Assembly (NCBI GenBank): GCA_039030515.1
Contig: JBCCEA010000001.1
Span: forward strand, 29,896 to 93,895
From: Myxococcota bacterium
Lineage (GTDB): Bacteria; Myxococcota_A; Polyangia; Polyangiales; Houyiibacteriaceae
Direction: 5' to 3'
Length of the DNA: 64,000 nt
The translations under genes and the position numbers were made by a program. Every line of letters begins with the position of its first letter. The first letter of the stretch is position 1. Below the pieces are notes generated by a model. That model saw only the letters and a list, made by a program, of their open reading frames with translations, did no database searches and was not told where the DNA came from. Shown here one piece after another: positions 33,137 through 42,092 of this stretch.

Positions 33137-33406
33137 TTAGGGCCCTAGCTGTCCCATGGTCTGAAAGGCAGCGATGCAAAAATCCTTGAGTTGTTGCAGG
33201 ATCCAGGCGCCGCTTACGAGGAGTGCCACGACGGCTCCGATCGCCTTGGGTGCAAAGGCTACGGCTTGGTCGTTGACCTGAGTCGCGGCCTGCAAGATCG
33301 CCATGAAGAGTCCGATGATGACCACTGCAGCGACCGGCGGTGCCGCCGTAACAACCGCCGTCCACAGCATTTCCCGAAACCAGTCTAACGCGAAGGCAGC
33401 ACTCAT
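33137..33406 (-). CDS. fliQ: flagellar export apparatus protein
   Basis: 89 aa. AAPPVAAVVIIGLFMAILQAATQVNDQAVAFAPK. Confidence 0.95.
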   Translation of the reverse strand: MSAAFALDWFREMLWTAVVTAAPPVAAVVIIGLFMAILQAATQVNDQAVAFAPKAIGAVVALLVSGAWILQQLKDFCIAAFQTMGQLGP

Positions 33407-33413
33407 TGGATCC

Positions 33414-34172
33414 TCATGAAAAAGAGCTTGCGACCGACTGCATGAGCAGCGCCCATCCGTCGACGACGACGAAGAGAAGAAGTTTCATCGGAGTGGAGAC
33501 CATGGTGGGGGGCAGCATCACCATGCCCATCGAGGTCAGCATGGAGGCGACGATGATGTCGACGAGCACGAAGGGTAGAAAAAGCAAGAAGCCCATCTCG
33601 AAACCGGTGCGTAGCTCGCTGATCATGAATGCGGGCACTAGAGTGTAGAGCGAAACTTCGTCTTTACTCTCGGGTCTTGGAGATTGACTTAGGTCGTAGA
33701 ATAGGAGCAGGTCGCTCTCTCGCGTTTGGCGCAGCATCCAACCTCCGAGGACCGCTTCGATCCGCTCAAAGAACGCTTTGTCGTCGAGTTCTTCCTGGAT
33801 GTACGGTTCCAAGGCCTCGGTGTTGAGGCGACTTGCAACAGGCGCCATCACCACCGTTGTGAGCATAAGTGACAGTGCAAGAATCACCTGAACCGGGGGT
33901 ACGTTTTGCGTTCCCATCGCTTGCCGCACAAAGGAAAGCACTACGACGATCCGAGTGAACGAGGTCATCGAGATCAGGATGGCCGGTGCGATCGAGAGCA
34001 CGGTCATCAACAACAGCACTTTGAGAGCCGGAACCATTTGTTCGGGCCCTTCGACATTTCCTAGGGAAAACGTTACTTCAGGCAGGGTAGGTTGGGCAAA
34101 TGCCGTCAAAGGAATTGAGAAGAGGAATGCCGGCACCAAGCATAGAAGCAGCCGCTGAACTGCAGCGCCCAT
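33414..34172 (-). CDS. fliP: flagellar export apparatus protein (start uncertain; ORF open to 34316)
   Basis: TSFTRIVVVLSFVRQAMGTQNVPPVQVILALSLMLTTVVMAP and GFLLFLPFVLVDIIVASMLTSMGMVMLPP. Confidence 0.9.
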   Translation of the reverse strand: MGAAVQRLLLCLVPAFLFSIPLTAFAQPTLPEVTFSLGNVEGPEQMVPALKVLLLMTVLSIAPAILISMTSFTRIVVVLSFVRQAMGTQNVPPVQVILALSLMLTTVVMAPVASRLNTEALEPYIQEELDDKAFFERIEAVLGGWMLRQTRESDLLLFYDLSQSPRPESKDEVSLYTLVPAFMISELRTGFEMGFLLFLPFVLVDIIVASMLTSMGMVMLPPTMVSTPMKLLLFVVVDGWALLMQSVASSFS

Positions 34173-34275
34173 CGCACATCCCGGGCGCAGGACTGACTGG
34201 AGCTGGACTGACTGAAGGTGAAAGCTCCGATCAACCAAGGTATCTCCCGCTCGGTGCGCATCGCTCGCTTGCACT

Positions 34276-35409
34276 CTATTTTCCAGCGGCTCTTCTGAGC
34301 TTGATAAGACCCGCAACCGCTTCGGAATGAATACTTTGCTTCCTTTGCGCTTCAGCGAGCTTCATCAGTTTTGTGCCGAAGTTTGGATCGCTGTCGGATT
34401 CCTGCTCTGAGACGCGAGCTTTCGGCACGTCGTTTTGGGCCCGGATACCTTTGGCGACCCCTTTGCGGAGTTTAGAGAGCAGATTGTGGGTAGGTAGCTC
34501 GATGGGTATGTCGTCGATATCTACCGACACCGAACTTCCGGGGTTTTTTCTGCTGGGATCTTTGTTGTGAGACTGATGTGCTTCACCAGGACCCGCCGGA
34601 AGTGAGCTGAGCCGTGTCGTCGCGTTGCCCTGGATAGATAAAAGGTGGTCTTCGCCGAGAGCACGCACGAGAACCAGCTGATGTTTCGTGCCCAGCCTTC
34701 GCGAAGCGAGCAACTCGATCTCCGGACGTTCCAAGATAAGCGGATTGGACTTCTGCAGATAGCGCATCACCAAATAACCTATTCCAAGTAGTGCAGTGAT
34801 GAGCAGAAGCAGCCCTATGTTCAGGCTCGTTCCGGAGGCGGTCGATGTGAGGTCTCTGCCGGATTGCACAGCAGGTGCGGGTGCCTCTGACGGAGACCGG
34901 TCTGTACTGTCGACAGGATTGGAGTTCGCACCGGAAGGTTGCTGTGACGGCGCAGTAGGTTCTGCCCGAAGTATCGGGGTTTGGGTTGCTTCCGAAGCGT
35001 CGCGACGTGGCGCTTCGGAAGAGGGCACTTCGACTCGTGCCGCAAATGGCAGGCGTATTTTCGCTCCCGCAGACCCGAGTTCGACGCGTATTTCCTCGAC
35101 CGGGACTTTGAGGCCTGGTTTCAGCTGGAGGACCACAACGGTAGAACCCTGCATTCCCGGTCGCAATCGGATGCTTCGTATATGTTCGCCGTCGCCAGGC
35201 CGATCTAAGTGCACATCCAACATATTCGGAAACCAGAGTCGAATCTGTCCTTCTCGAGTTCGGATACGCGGGGATGCGAGCGGCGTATTTGAGGTCAATA
35301 AGATATCTGTGTAGTCAGAGCCGGAGAAGATGTTTGCGTCGGTGAAGGACTGTGCGGCAACCGTGCTGGGGATCAAGAGTACGATGAGCCAAAGCGAGAC
35401 CAGTCTCAT
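34276..35409 (-). CDS. fliO: FliO-like protein with long N-terminal periplasmic extension (AMIN-like beta domain, inferred)
   Basis: C-terminal half has TM LLLLITALLGIGYLVMRYL and then IELLASRRLGTKHQLVLVRALGEDHLLSI (FliO pattern). The N-terminus has a signal peptide and IRLWFPN...STVVVLQLKPG. 377 aa, against about 100-150 aa for typical FliO. Confidence 0.6.
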   Translation of the reverse strand: MRLVSLWLIVLLIPSTVAAQSFTDANIFSGSDYTDILLTSNTPLASPRIRTREGQIRLWFPNMLDVHLDRPGDGEHIRSIRLRPGMQGSTVVVLQLKPGLKVPVEEIRVELGSAGAKIRLPFAARVEVPSSEAPRRDASEATQTPILRAEPTAPSQQPSGANSNPVDSTDRSPSEAPAPAVQSGRDLTSTASGTSLNIGLLLLITALLGIGYLVMRYLQKSNPLILERPEIELLASRRLGTKHQLVLVRALGEDHLLSIQGNATTRLSSLPAGPGEAHQSHNKDPSRKNPGSSVSVDIDDIPIELPTHNLLSKLRKGVAKGIRAQNDVPKARVSEQESDSDPNFGTKLMKLAEAQRKQSIHSEAVAGLIKLRRAAGK

Positions 35410-35726
35410 CCTCCACCCCCGAGACGTCGCACTCTCTCGTGAGGTGATACGATGTCTGTGACGCGAACGCCGTAGCGGTCTCCGACAACGATCGCCTCTC
35501 CCTGCGCGATCAGCGTCTGATTGGCGTAGATGGAGAGCGGCGTTCCTGAGGGGGCGTCGAGTTCTACTACGGCTCCAGAGCCGACATCGAGAAGCTCGCT
35601 GATGCGCATTCGCTTACGTCCAAGTTCTACCCTTATCGTGAGAGGGATATCGAGAATGCGATCTAAATCCCGAGGTGAGTGACTTTGGACACTGCTCGAA
35701 TCAACTTTTTCTTCTTCGGATTCCAT
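35406..35726 (-). CDS. fliN: flagellar motor switch protein
   Basis: ILDIPLTIRVELGRKRMRISELLDVGSGAVVELD...LIAQGEAIVVGDRYGVRVTDIV. Confidence 0.9.
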   Translation of the reverse strand: MESEEEKVDSSSVQSHSPRDLDRILDIPLTIRVELGRKRMRISELLDVGSGAVVELDAPSGTPLSIYANQTLIAQGEAIVVGDRYGVRVTDIVSPHERVRRLGGGG

Positions 35727-35803
35727 CGCTTACTCCAGGTTTCGGACGATCGCCAGGGGTTCAGCCCCTAGCCAGACTGCGTTTGCTACAGGTATTCTCA
35801 GTT

Positions 35804-36784
35804 TCAATGCATCTTTGAGGTGTGGACCGCGGTGACCGCAACCGCGAGGTTTCCATGATGGATACACGGGTCTCCGTAGAGCACCGCAATGCCCTCGCTG
35901 CAGATGGGAGTCGGCTGGCTCGGTACTGAATCGAGTCGAACGATGTCTCCTTTGCGTAGACCGAGAACGTTGCGAATGTCCGATCGAACCTCACCCAGTA
36001 CCGCGACGAGACTGAGGTCGGTGCCGTGAAGGTTTTCCGCCATGCGATAGCGCTCCTCAATCGACGGGAGGTTGACGGTCGTGTCCTCCTGTTTTGGCAT
36101 CGTGGAAAGGGTGGCTTCTGGAGAGAGAACAACGATGAGGTCGTCGGCGGGTGCGCCCAGAGGGGTGACCCGCACCGCAAAGCGTAAAAGAGACTCGTAC
36201 GTATCGATTTCCGGCAGCTCGCTCCGTTCGAGCAACTCTCCAAACTCGAAATCGTTGCGGTCCTCACACCAGCTTTCCCCAAAGAGTTTTGAAATGTCGC
36301 TCGTGATCGGGCGCATCACGCGCTTGTCTACTGGGCTCAGGGTCTTGCGGGCATCGGATGGCCCCGCTGCAGCCTCGGTAGTGTCGAGGCGCAGCGGGGC
36401 GCCGAGTCGGCGATCAAGAAGGAATGAAACAAGATTCGGACCCAAGATAAGCAGACCTCGTGACCTGTCGGTTTGCGTAGTCAACGTGGCGATGGCGGCG
36501 CCAGGAGCTATTGCATCCCGCATGACACGATAAGGAATAATTTCTGCAGGCTGAGCTTCGACATTTGCCGAACATCCTGCGGTTCGAAGCACCAACCTAC
36601 GTACTCTACCGGCGAGAAACTGCGTGGCCCGGTCTGCAGGTGAAAGCGCATCGCGAAGACGCGGCTCCTTACTCGTAAGGTCGAGACTCTCCACCTGTTC
36701 CTCAGGTCCGGTCTGTCGCATCACGTCGAGTAGGGCGTCGGTCTCCTCTCCAGTCAGTATTGGTTCGTCGGAGTCAAAGTTCAT
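35804..36784 (-). CDS. fliM: flagellar motor switch protein
   Basis: 326 aa, sits between fliL and fliN. LTGEETDALL N-terminus, with a CheC-like middle region and a SpoA-like C-terminus. Confidence 0.9.
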   Translation of the reverse strand: MNFDSDEPILTGEETDALLDVMRQTGPEEQVESLDLTSKEPRLRDALSPADRATQFLAGRVRRLVLRTAGCSANVEAQPAEIIPYRVMRDAIAPGAAIATLTTQTDRSRGLLILGPNLVSFLLDRRLGAPLRLDTTEAAAGPSDARKTLSPVDKRVMRPITSDISKLFGESWCEDRNDFEFGELLERSELPEIDTYESLLRFAVRVTPLGAPADDLIVVLSPEATLSTMPKQEDTTVNLPSIEERYRMAENLHGTDLSLVAVLGEVRSDIRNVLGLRKGDIVRLDSVPSQPTPICSEGIAVLYGDPCIHHGNLAVAVTAVHTSKMH

Positions 36785-37284
36785 TGAACGACAAACTCCG
36801 TAAAGTAGGCATCGACAACGTGAGTGCCGCCCAGAACGTCATTGACTGCATCCACGAGTTCACGACGGATGCGCTCCTTATTCTCGCTACCGTCCGTTTG
36901 AGGGGCAGATACCTCAGAAAAGTAGATCAGCATTTGACTTCGAATCGGAGGGATTGCGCGCTCGACGATCGGTTGGTCTTCGTCAGCTCGTGCTTCGAGG
37001 TGAACGGTCACCTTGATGTATCTGGGAGCGCCGGGACTGTTTAGGTTGGCGATGAGCGGCATCAGCTCGATCAGTGGGCCAAACTCGCGTGCGCGTGGTT
37101 CCGGTGGGGGAGCCTCTTTCTCTTCTGGTGCGGGAGCGGCCGCGGCAGGTTGACCACCTCCGAGCAGCAAGTAGGCGCCGAGCCCGGCTATGAGCAGCAG
37201 GTTGAACAGCATGAGAATCAGCATCAGCCGATTTTTTCCCCCGCCATCGACTTTCGTGACTTCGCCTTCGGTGTCGTCCGCCAT
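36781..37284 (-). CDS. fliL: flagellar basal-body-associated protein
   Basis: N-terminal TM NRLMLILMLFNLLLIAGLGAYLLL, then YIKVTVHLEA...IRSQMLIYFS. First gene of the fliL-M-N-O-P-Q-R block. Confidence 0.85.
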   Translation of the reverse strand: MADDTEGEVTKVDGGGKNRLMLILMLFNLLLIAGLGAYLLLGGGQPAAAAPAPEEKEAPPPEPRAREFGPLIELMPLIANLNSPGAPRYIKVTVHLEARADEDQPIVERAIPPIRSQMLIYFSEVSAPQTDGSENKERIRRELVDAVNDVLGGTHVVDAYFTEFVVQ

Positions 37285-37298
37285 CGCGAAAGTAAAGG

Positions 37299-37314
37299 AG
37301 CACGGCGTGTGCCA
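37299..37314 (-). promoter_or_regulatory. sigma-54 promoter TGGCAC-acgcc-gTGCt upstream of fliL
   Basis: The minus strand reads ttcTGGCACacgccgTGCtcctttactttcgcgATG. Canonical GG/GC spacing. Confidence 0.55.
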
Positions 37315-37615
37315 GAACCTAAGTGCCCGAAGATATGCACTTCAACGAGAGACTTCGCCAGAGAACCAACGCCCAAGCAGATTTGACGCCGATCGTTTGA
37401 CACCCACACCGGCAGGTAAATGTTCGGCTCTTCAAATTCGAAGCCTGCGAGGAGTTCGGCTACGGAAGCGATTCAAGGCAGTGAAGTTTTTCCTTTACCG
37501 AGAAGAACATCACCCTCACTCGGGGCTAGGCGAGGAATTGTTTCCTCCCGCATGCATCTTAGGCGCGATATCTTTAGATAAATCCCGTGGCCTGATACGT
37601 GCTAACGCTCAACCC

Positions 37616-38008
37616 ATGGTTCTCACAGTGCTGACGGCATCTCTGTTTTTGAGCCTGCTCGTGATCGCACTATGGATACATGAGGACAGGCTTCGAGCGC
37701 GCCGAATGAACGTGCTGCCTGGGTCCCAGTCTCAGCGAGCCCAGGTGGCCACATTGCGCAGTGGTGAAGTCGCCGCCGCGGAGCGAATCGTACGAAGGAA
37801 TCTACGTCAGGTAGAGACGGTTCGATCCAATCTGGAAATGGACGTTTCAAGAGAGCTGACTCCAAAGCGTTCGGGTGCGCATGCTCGCTTGGGTGTGTAT
37901 GCTTCGGAGAAGAGGCATTTCGACAAGGCTTGTGAACGCATTGTCGACGTCGAGTGGACTGTTGTCGAAGTTCCATCGGCGAGTCATCTGACCGTTCGAG
38001 GTGTCTAG
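37616..38008 (+). CDS. hypothetical small membrane-anchored protein (weak call)
   Basis: ATG 37616 gives MVLTVLTASLFLSLLVIALWI (TM) plus a 110-aa soluble part. No clear SD. The upstream part of ORF 37190-38008 looks non-coding. Confidence 0.3.
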   Translation: MVLTVLTASLFLSLLVIALWIHEDRLRARRMNVLPGSQSQRAQVATLRSGEVAAAERIVRRNLRQVETVRSNLEMDVSRELTPKRSGAHARLGVYASEKRHFDKACERIVDVEWTVVEVPSASHLTVRGV

Positions 38009-39583
38009 CTAGCGCTCCGAGGATGCGCGCGCAGATCCCGCGAGACCGAGTCGTCGCCGCATTTTCGCAAGCCGACTTCGTTCCATTCCCAAACGCTGAG
38101 CGGCCCGACGGATCACGCCTTCCTCATGGCACATCGCGTGTTGGATCAGCGCGGTCGCGAGCGTACGGATCGCCTCGTCGTAGTGCACACCGTAGCGGAT
38201 AAATACGCCCGTTGATGGTTCTCGATTCGGCGTTTGGGAACGAGGATCGAGATCCACAATTCGAGGAGAAAGGAGGTTCAACTGGTCGATTTCCGATCCG
38301 CTCGATAGGACGACGAGTCGCTCTATCTCGTTGGCTAACTCTCGTACGTTGCCCGGCCAGTCGTAGCGCTCGAGTGCGCCCAGCACTTCGGCAGACAAGC
38401 GGAGCGGCGGAGTCGAGTACTTTGCGGTGTAGAGGTCCAGAAAGTGTTTTGCAAGCAGGGAGATGTCGCCTTCCCGATTTCGCAACGGAGGAAGTTCGAT
38501 ACCGACAACGACGAGCCTGAAATAGAGATCCTCTCGAAATCGCCCTGCCCGTACTTCCTGTCGTAAGTCTTTATGCGTTGCCGAGATGAGACGTACATCG
38601 ACCTGCTCCGGGCGGCTGGAACCGATGGGCGTGATCTCTCCCTCTTGCAGAACGCGTAGAAGCATCGATTGAGTCGAAAGAGAAAGTTCGGCCACCTCGT
38701 CCAAGAACAGGGTTCCGCCGTCGGCCTCATGAAAGAGACCCGGCTGATCGCGAGTTGCACCCGTAAACGCGCCTTTTCGATGACCGAACAGCGTACTCTG
38801 CAATAGGGACTCGGTGAGGCCTCCGCAGTTTTGCGCGATGAACGGAGATCGACTGCGGGGACCACCTGTATGCAGCGCTTTGGCCACCAGTTCTTTGCCG
38901 GTTCCGGTCTCGCCAGAGATGTAGACGGTGACGTCGGTTCGGCGTACGCGCTCCAGAGCCAGCAGCGCTTTACGAAGCGCCGGACTCGATCCAACAATCG
39001 ATTCAAACCCAGCTGCCCTGCGCAGCGTTTCGTTTTCGCGTGCGAGCTTTTTGTTTTGCGCCTCCAGGGTGGCCTCTCGATCGGTCCGCTGGACCTCAAG
39101 GCTGTAGCTTTGTGAACACTGATAGATCGCGCTGCGAAGCTCCTCAGGGCTGAATGGTTTGGCTACAAAACGGCTAATTTCGCAAGCATTGACGAATTGT
39201 TTGAGCACTTCTACGTCCGCGTAGCCCGACATGAGAATCCGCTCTGTGCACGCGGAGGGGTATCGTTTTGCGATTTCGGTGAGCAGTTCAAGGCCACTCA
39301 TCTGCGGCATATTTTGATCGGTCACTAGTACCGCTGGCTCCACCTCCTCAAAGGCCTCGAGGGCTTCCCGTCCCGAGGAACAGAGGACGATGTCGAAGAT
39401 TCCCCCGAGGGACCTTTGGGTGGCTCGAAGAAATGGCTCTTCATCATCGACCAAGATGACGCGATGCTTGTGCGTTTGAAGTGTGCCGTCACCCTCGGAG
39501 TTTTGAATATGGGAATGCCGGCGACTTCTCAGGGTAGGTTCGCCCGTCGAACCCAGGGCACCCAGGTGTTCATGACACTCCAT
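38009..39583 (-). CDS. sigma-54-dependent response regulator (NtrC/FlrC/FleR type enhancer-binding protein)
   Basis: Receiver (VILVDDEEPF...VLVTDQNMPQMSG), AAA+ (ISGETGTGKELVAKALH, GAFTGA, FLDEV) and C-terminal Fis-type HTH. Confidence 0.9.
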   Translation of the reverse strand: MECHEHLGALGSTGEPTLRSRRHSHIQNSEGDGTLQTHKHRVILVDDEEPFLRATQRSLGGIFDIVLCSSGREALEAFEEVEPAVLVTDQNMPQMSGLELLTEIAKRYPSACTERILMSGYADVEVLKQFVNACEISRFVAKPFSPEELRSAIYQCSQSYSLEVQRTDREATLEAQNKKLARENETLRRAAGFESIVGSSPALRKALLALERVRRTDVTVYISGETGTGKELVAKALHTGGPRSRSPFIAQNCGGLTESLLQSTLFGHRKGAFTGATRDQPGLFHEADGGTLFLDEVAELSLSTQSMLLRVLQEGEITPIGSSRPEQVDVRLISATHKDLRQEVRAGRFREDLYFRLVVVGIELPPLRNREGDISLLAKHFLDLYTAKYSTPPLRLSAEVLGALERYDWPGNVRELANEIERLVVLSSGSEIDQLNLLSPRIVDLDPRSQTPNREPSTGVFIRYGVHYDEAIRTLATALIQHAMCHEEGVIRRAAQRLGMERSRLAKMRRRLGLAGSARASSER

Positions 39584-39800
39584 CTTTAGGTCATCGGCTG
39601 CTGAGCGCCGGTTTTGAAGCCACCTGAGCTCAAAGGAGCTTGACGCGCTCTTTGGGTGCGGTGCTCCGGACCCTCCGCGAGGTTGATTTCAATATTGATA
39701 CTGGCCACAAGGCGACGTCGACGCGCCAAGACCGAATCGAGAGTCACGCGGAGGATTCGAAATTGTAGTCGAGGTTCCGGCGAGGTACATCACATGTTCG

Positions 39801-41975
39801 ATGAGTCCATACGAACTGCTTTCGCTTGTCCGCTACCCAACCCTTGTTATCGTGCTTCAACTCGCCGTTGGCTGCGTCCGAGGCGATAGCGAATCGACTA
39901 CCGCAATCCGGAGAGAATCGATGCGTCCACCTGTGGCCAAACAAGTGCCTTACGAGCTTACGAGTCATGACCATACTCGAAGCGACCCTTACTACTGGAT
40001 GCGGGACGATGCCCGACGCGATCCGGAGGTGTTGGGCTACCTCGAGCAGGAGAATGCCTACGCCGAAGCGTTTTTTGAACCTCTCGATGCGTTCCGCTCC
40101 GCGCTCTACGAGGAGATCGTGGCCCGAATCCCGAAAGACGATGCTTCAGTCCCCCATCGGTTGGATGGCTACTACTATTACGATCGCGTTGAGGATGGAG
40201 ACGAGTATCGTCGCTACTGCCGTCGCCGAGGATCGATGGATGCGCCGGAAGAGGTTTTTTTCGACGCCAATCGAGAGGCCGAAGGCCACGACTACTACTC
40301 TGCCGTCGGTCTCACCGTCAGCGTGGACGGCAATACGCTAGGCTACGGCGAAGATACGCTGAGTCGTAGGATCTACACGCTTCGTTTTCGTGATTTGGTC
40401 TCAGGTCGTCCGCTCGATGATGTGATCGAAGGAACGACCGGGCAGCTCGTATTCGCACTCGATAATCGCACCGTCTTTTACGTAAAAAGAGATCCGGGCA
40501 CCCTTCGCGCCTACCAGGTGTACCGCCATCACCTCGGCACGAATCCCGAGGCAGACGAGCTCGTTTTTCACGAAGAGGATGAGGAGTTCTACCTGTCTAT
40601 CCGCAGAAGTCGGAGTCGCGAATACATCTTGATCGCAAGTCGCCAAACGCTTTCCCACGAATACCTGACGATCGATGCGCAGCGTCCAGACTCTGCCCCG
40701 GTAGTGGTGCTACCGAGGGAACGCGGTCACGAGTACGATCTCGATCATGCACGCGGACGTTTTTTCATTAGGACGAACTGGCAAGCGCGGGATTTTCGTT
40801 TGATGTCCGTAGCTCCTGAGATGAGCCAAGATAAGTCTGCTTGGAGGGACGAAGTACCTGCGGAAGAGGGTGTGTTTCTAAGGGATTTTGAACTGTTTGC
40901 GGGTCATCTCGCGGTGTCCCAGCGTCGACGAGGTCGTACCGAGCTCCAGGTGATTCCCTGGACCGATCGAGAAAAGGCCCATCAGCTTGAGTTCGATGAA
41001 CAATCCTACGTAGTGCAGTTTGACCGCAACTCCGAGTTTGACAGTGCAACCTTGCGTTTTGCTTATCAGTCGATGACCACTCCACGTTCGGTATTCGACT
41101 TTGATATGGAACACAAAACACGCATTTTGAGAAAGCAATCGAATATAGAAGGTGATTTCTCTCCCGAACACTATTCAAGTGCATCTCTTACGATTACCGC
41201 TCGAGATGGAGCTGAAGTTCCCGTGTCCCTGGTGTTCCGCGCAGACTTGGATCGTTCAAAGCCGCAACCGTTGCTGCTTTATGGCTATGGTTCTTATGGA
41301 TACTCGATGGATCCAACGTTTTCCTCCCCAAGACTCAGTCTGCTCGATCGCGGAGTCATCTTTGCCATCGCCCACGTTCGCGGTGGGCAGGAGCTTGGAA
41401 GAGCTTGGTACGAAGACGGCAAACTGCTCCAGAAACGAAATACCTTCACCGACTTTATCGACGTTGCTGAAGGTCTCATACGCGCAGGTTGGACTGAGAC
41501 CGAGAAACTCTTCGCCCAGGGAGGAAGCGCAGGTGGCTTGCTGGTTGGGGCGGTTGCCAATATGCGTCCCGATCTTTTTGCGGGTATTGTGGCCAATGTC
41601 CCTTTTGTCGACGTGGTGACGACCATGCTTGACGAGTCGATACCGCTGACGACTTTTGAATACGATGAATGGGGTAACCCGGGTCAGCGAGAGTATTACG
41701 AATACATGCTGTCCTATTCTCCGTACGACAATGTCTCGGAGCAGGACTACCCCGCGATGCTGGTGATCACTGGGCTGCACGACAGCCAAGTTCAGTATTG
41801 GGAGCCAGCGAAATGGGTGGCGCGACTACGCGCTCGAGGCGTCGGTCGGCAACCGATCGTATTTTCAGTCAATATGGATGCGGGTCACGGTGGAGCATCA
41901 GGGCGCTATCGTAGACATCGCGAGACGGCCATGGCGCAGACCTTCATATTGAGTCAGCTGAACAGAGTTGACTGA
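39801..41975 (+). CDS. ptrB: oligopeptidase B / protease II (S9A prolyl oligopeptidase family), lipoprotein-type signal
   Basis: DPYYWMRDD, catalytic GGSAGGLLVG, DSQVQYWEPAKW, GHGG. N-terminal LQLAVG-C. Confidence 0.9.
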   Translation: MSPYELLSLVRYPTLVIVLQLAVGCVRGDSESTTAIRRESMRPPVAKQVPYELTSHDHTRSDPYYWMRDDARRDPEVLGYLEQENAYAEAFFEPLDAFRSALYEEIVARIPKDDASVPHRLDGYYYYDRVEDGDEYRRYCRRRGSMDAPEEVFFDANREAEGHDYYSAVGLTVSVDGNTLGYGEDTLSRRIYTLRFRDLVSGRPLDDVIEGTTGQLVFALDNRTVFYVKRDPGTLRAYQVYRHHLGTNPEADELVFHEEDEEFYLSIRRSRSREYILIASRQTLSHEYLTIDAQRPDSAPVVVLPRERGHEYDLDHARGRFFIRTNWQARDFRLMSVAPEMSQDKSAWRDEVPAEEGVFLRDFELFAGHLAVSQRRRGRTELQVIPWTDREKAHQLEFDEQSYVVQFDRNSEFDSATLRFAYQSMTTPRSVFDFDMEHKTRILRKQSNIEGDFSPEHYSSASLTITARDGAEVPVSLVFRADLDRSKPQPLLLYGYGSYGYSMDPTFSSPRLSLLDRGVIFAIAHVRGGQELGRAWYEDGKLLQKRNTFTDFIDVAEGLIRAGWTETEKLFAQGGSAGGLLVGAVANMRPDLFAGIVANVPFVDVVTTMLDESIPLTTFEYDEWGNPGQREYYEYMLSYSPYDNVSEQDYPAMLVITGLHDSQVQYWEPAKWVARLRARGVGRQPIVFSVNMDAGHGGASGRYRRHRETAMAQTFILSQLNRVD

Positions 41976-42063
41976 TGCAGAGTAGTTCGATGCAGAGTTG
42001 ACTGATGCAGAGTAGTTCGATGCAGAGTTGACTGATGCAGAGTTGACTGATGCAGAGTAGTTC
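41974..42063. repeat. 15-bp tandem repeat, 6 units in two variants (GATGCAGAGTAGTTC / GATGCAGAGTTGACT)
   Basis: Read directly. The array starts at the ptrB stop, and the variant CAGAGTTGACTGA copies the last ptrB codons plus the stop. Confidence 0.95.
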
Positions 42064-42092
42064 AGCATAGATGCATCCGATATTGGATTGGC

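Noticed and set aside
32286-33365. The full-length 359-aa version of the fliR ORF, and ORF 32275-32913.
   Set aside because: The N-terminal 98 codons overlap fliQ and are Arg/Gly-rich. The FliR membrane core starts at MRDSLEL (33071). ORF 32275-32913 is an off-frame shadow.
37190-37615. The long form of ORF 37190-38008, including a GTG 37307 start with an AAGGAG SD.
   Set aside because: The SD-like AAGGAG is the complement of sequence between the fliL sigma-54 promoter and the fliL ATG. The encoded 100 aa are basic and low-complexity. Only the 37616-38008 part looks protein-like, and even that call is weak.
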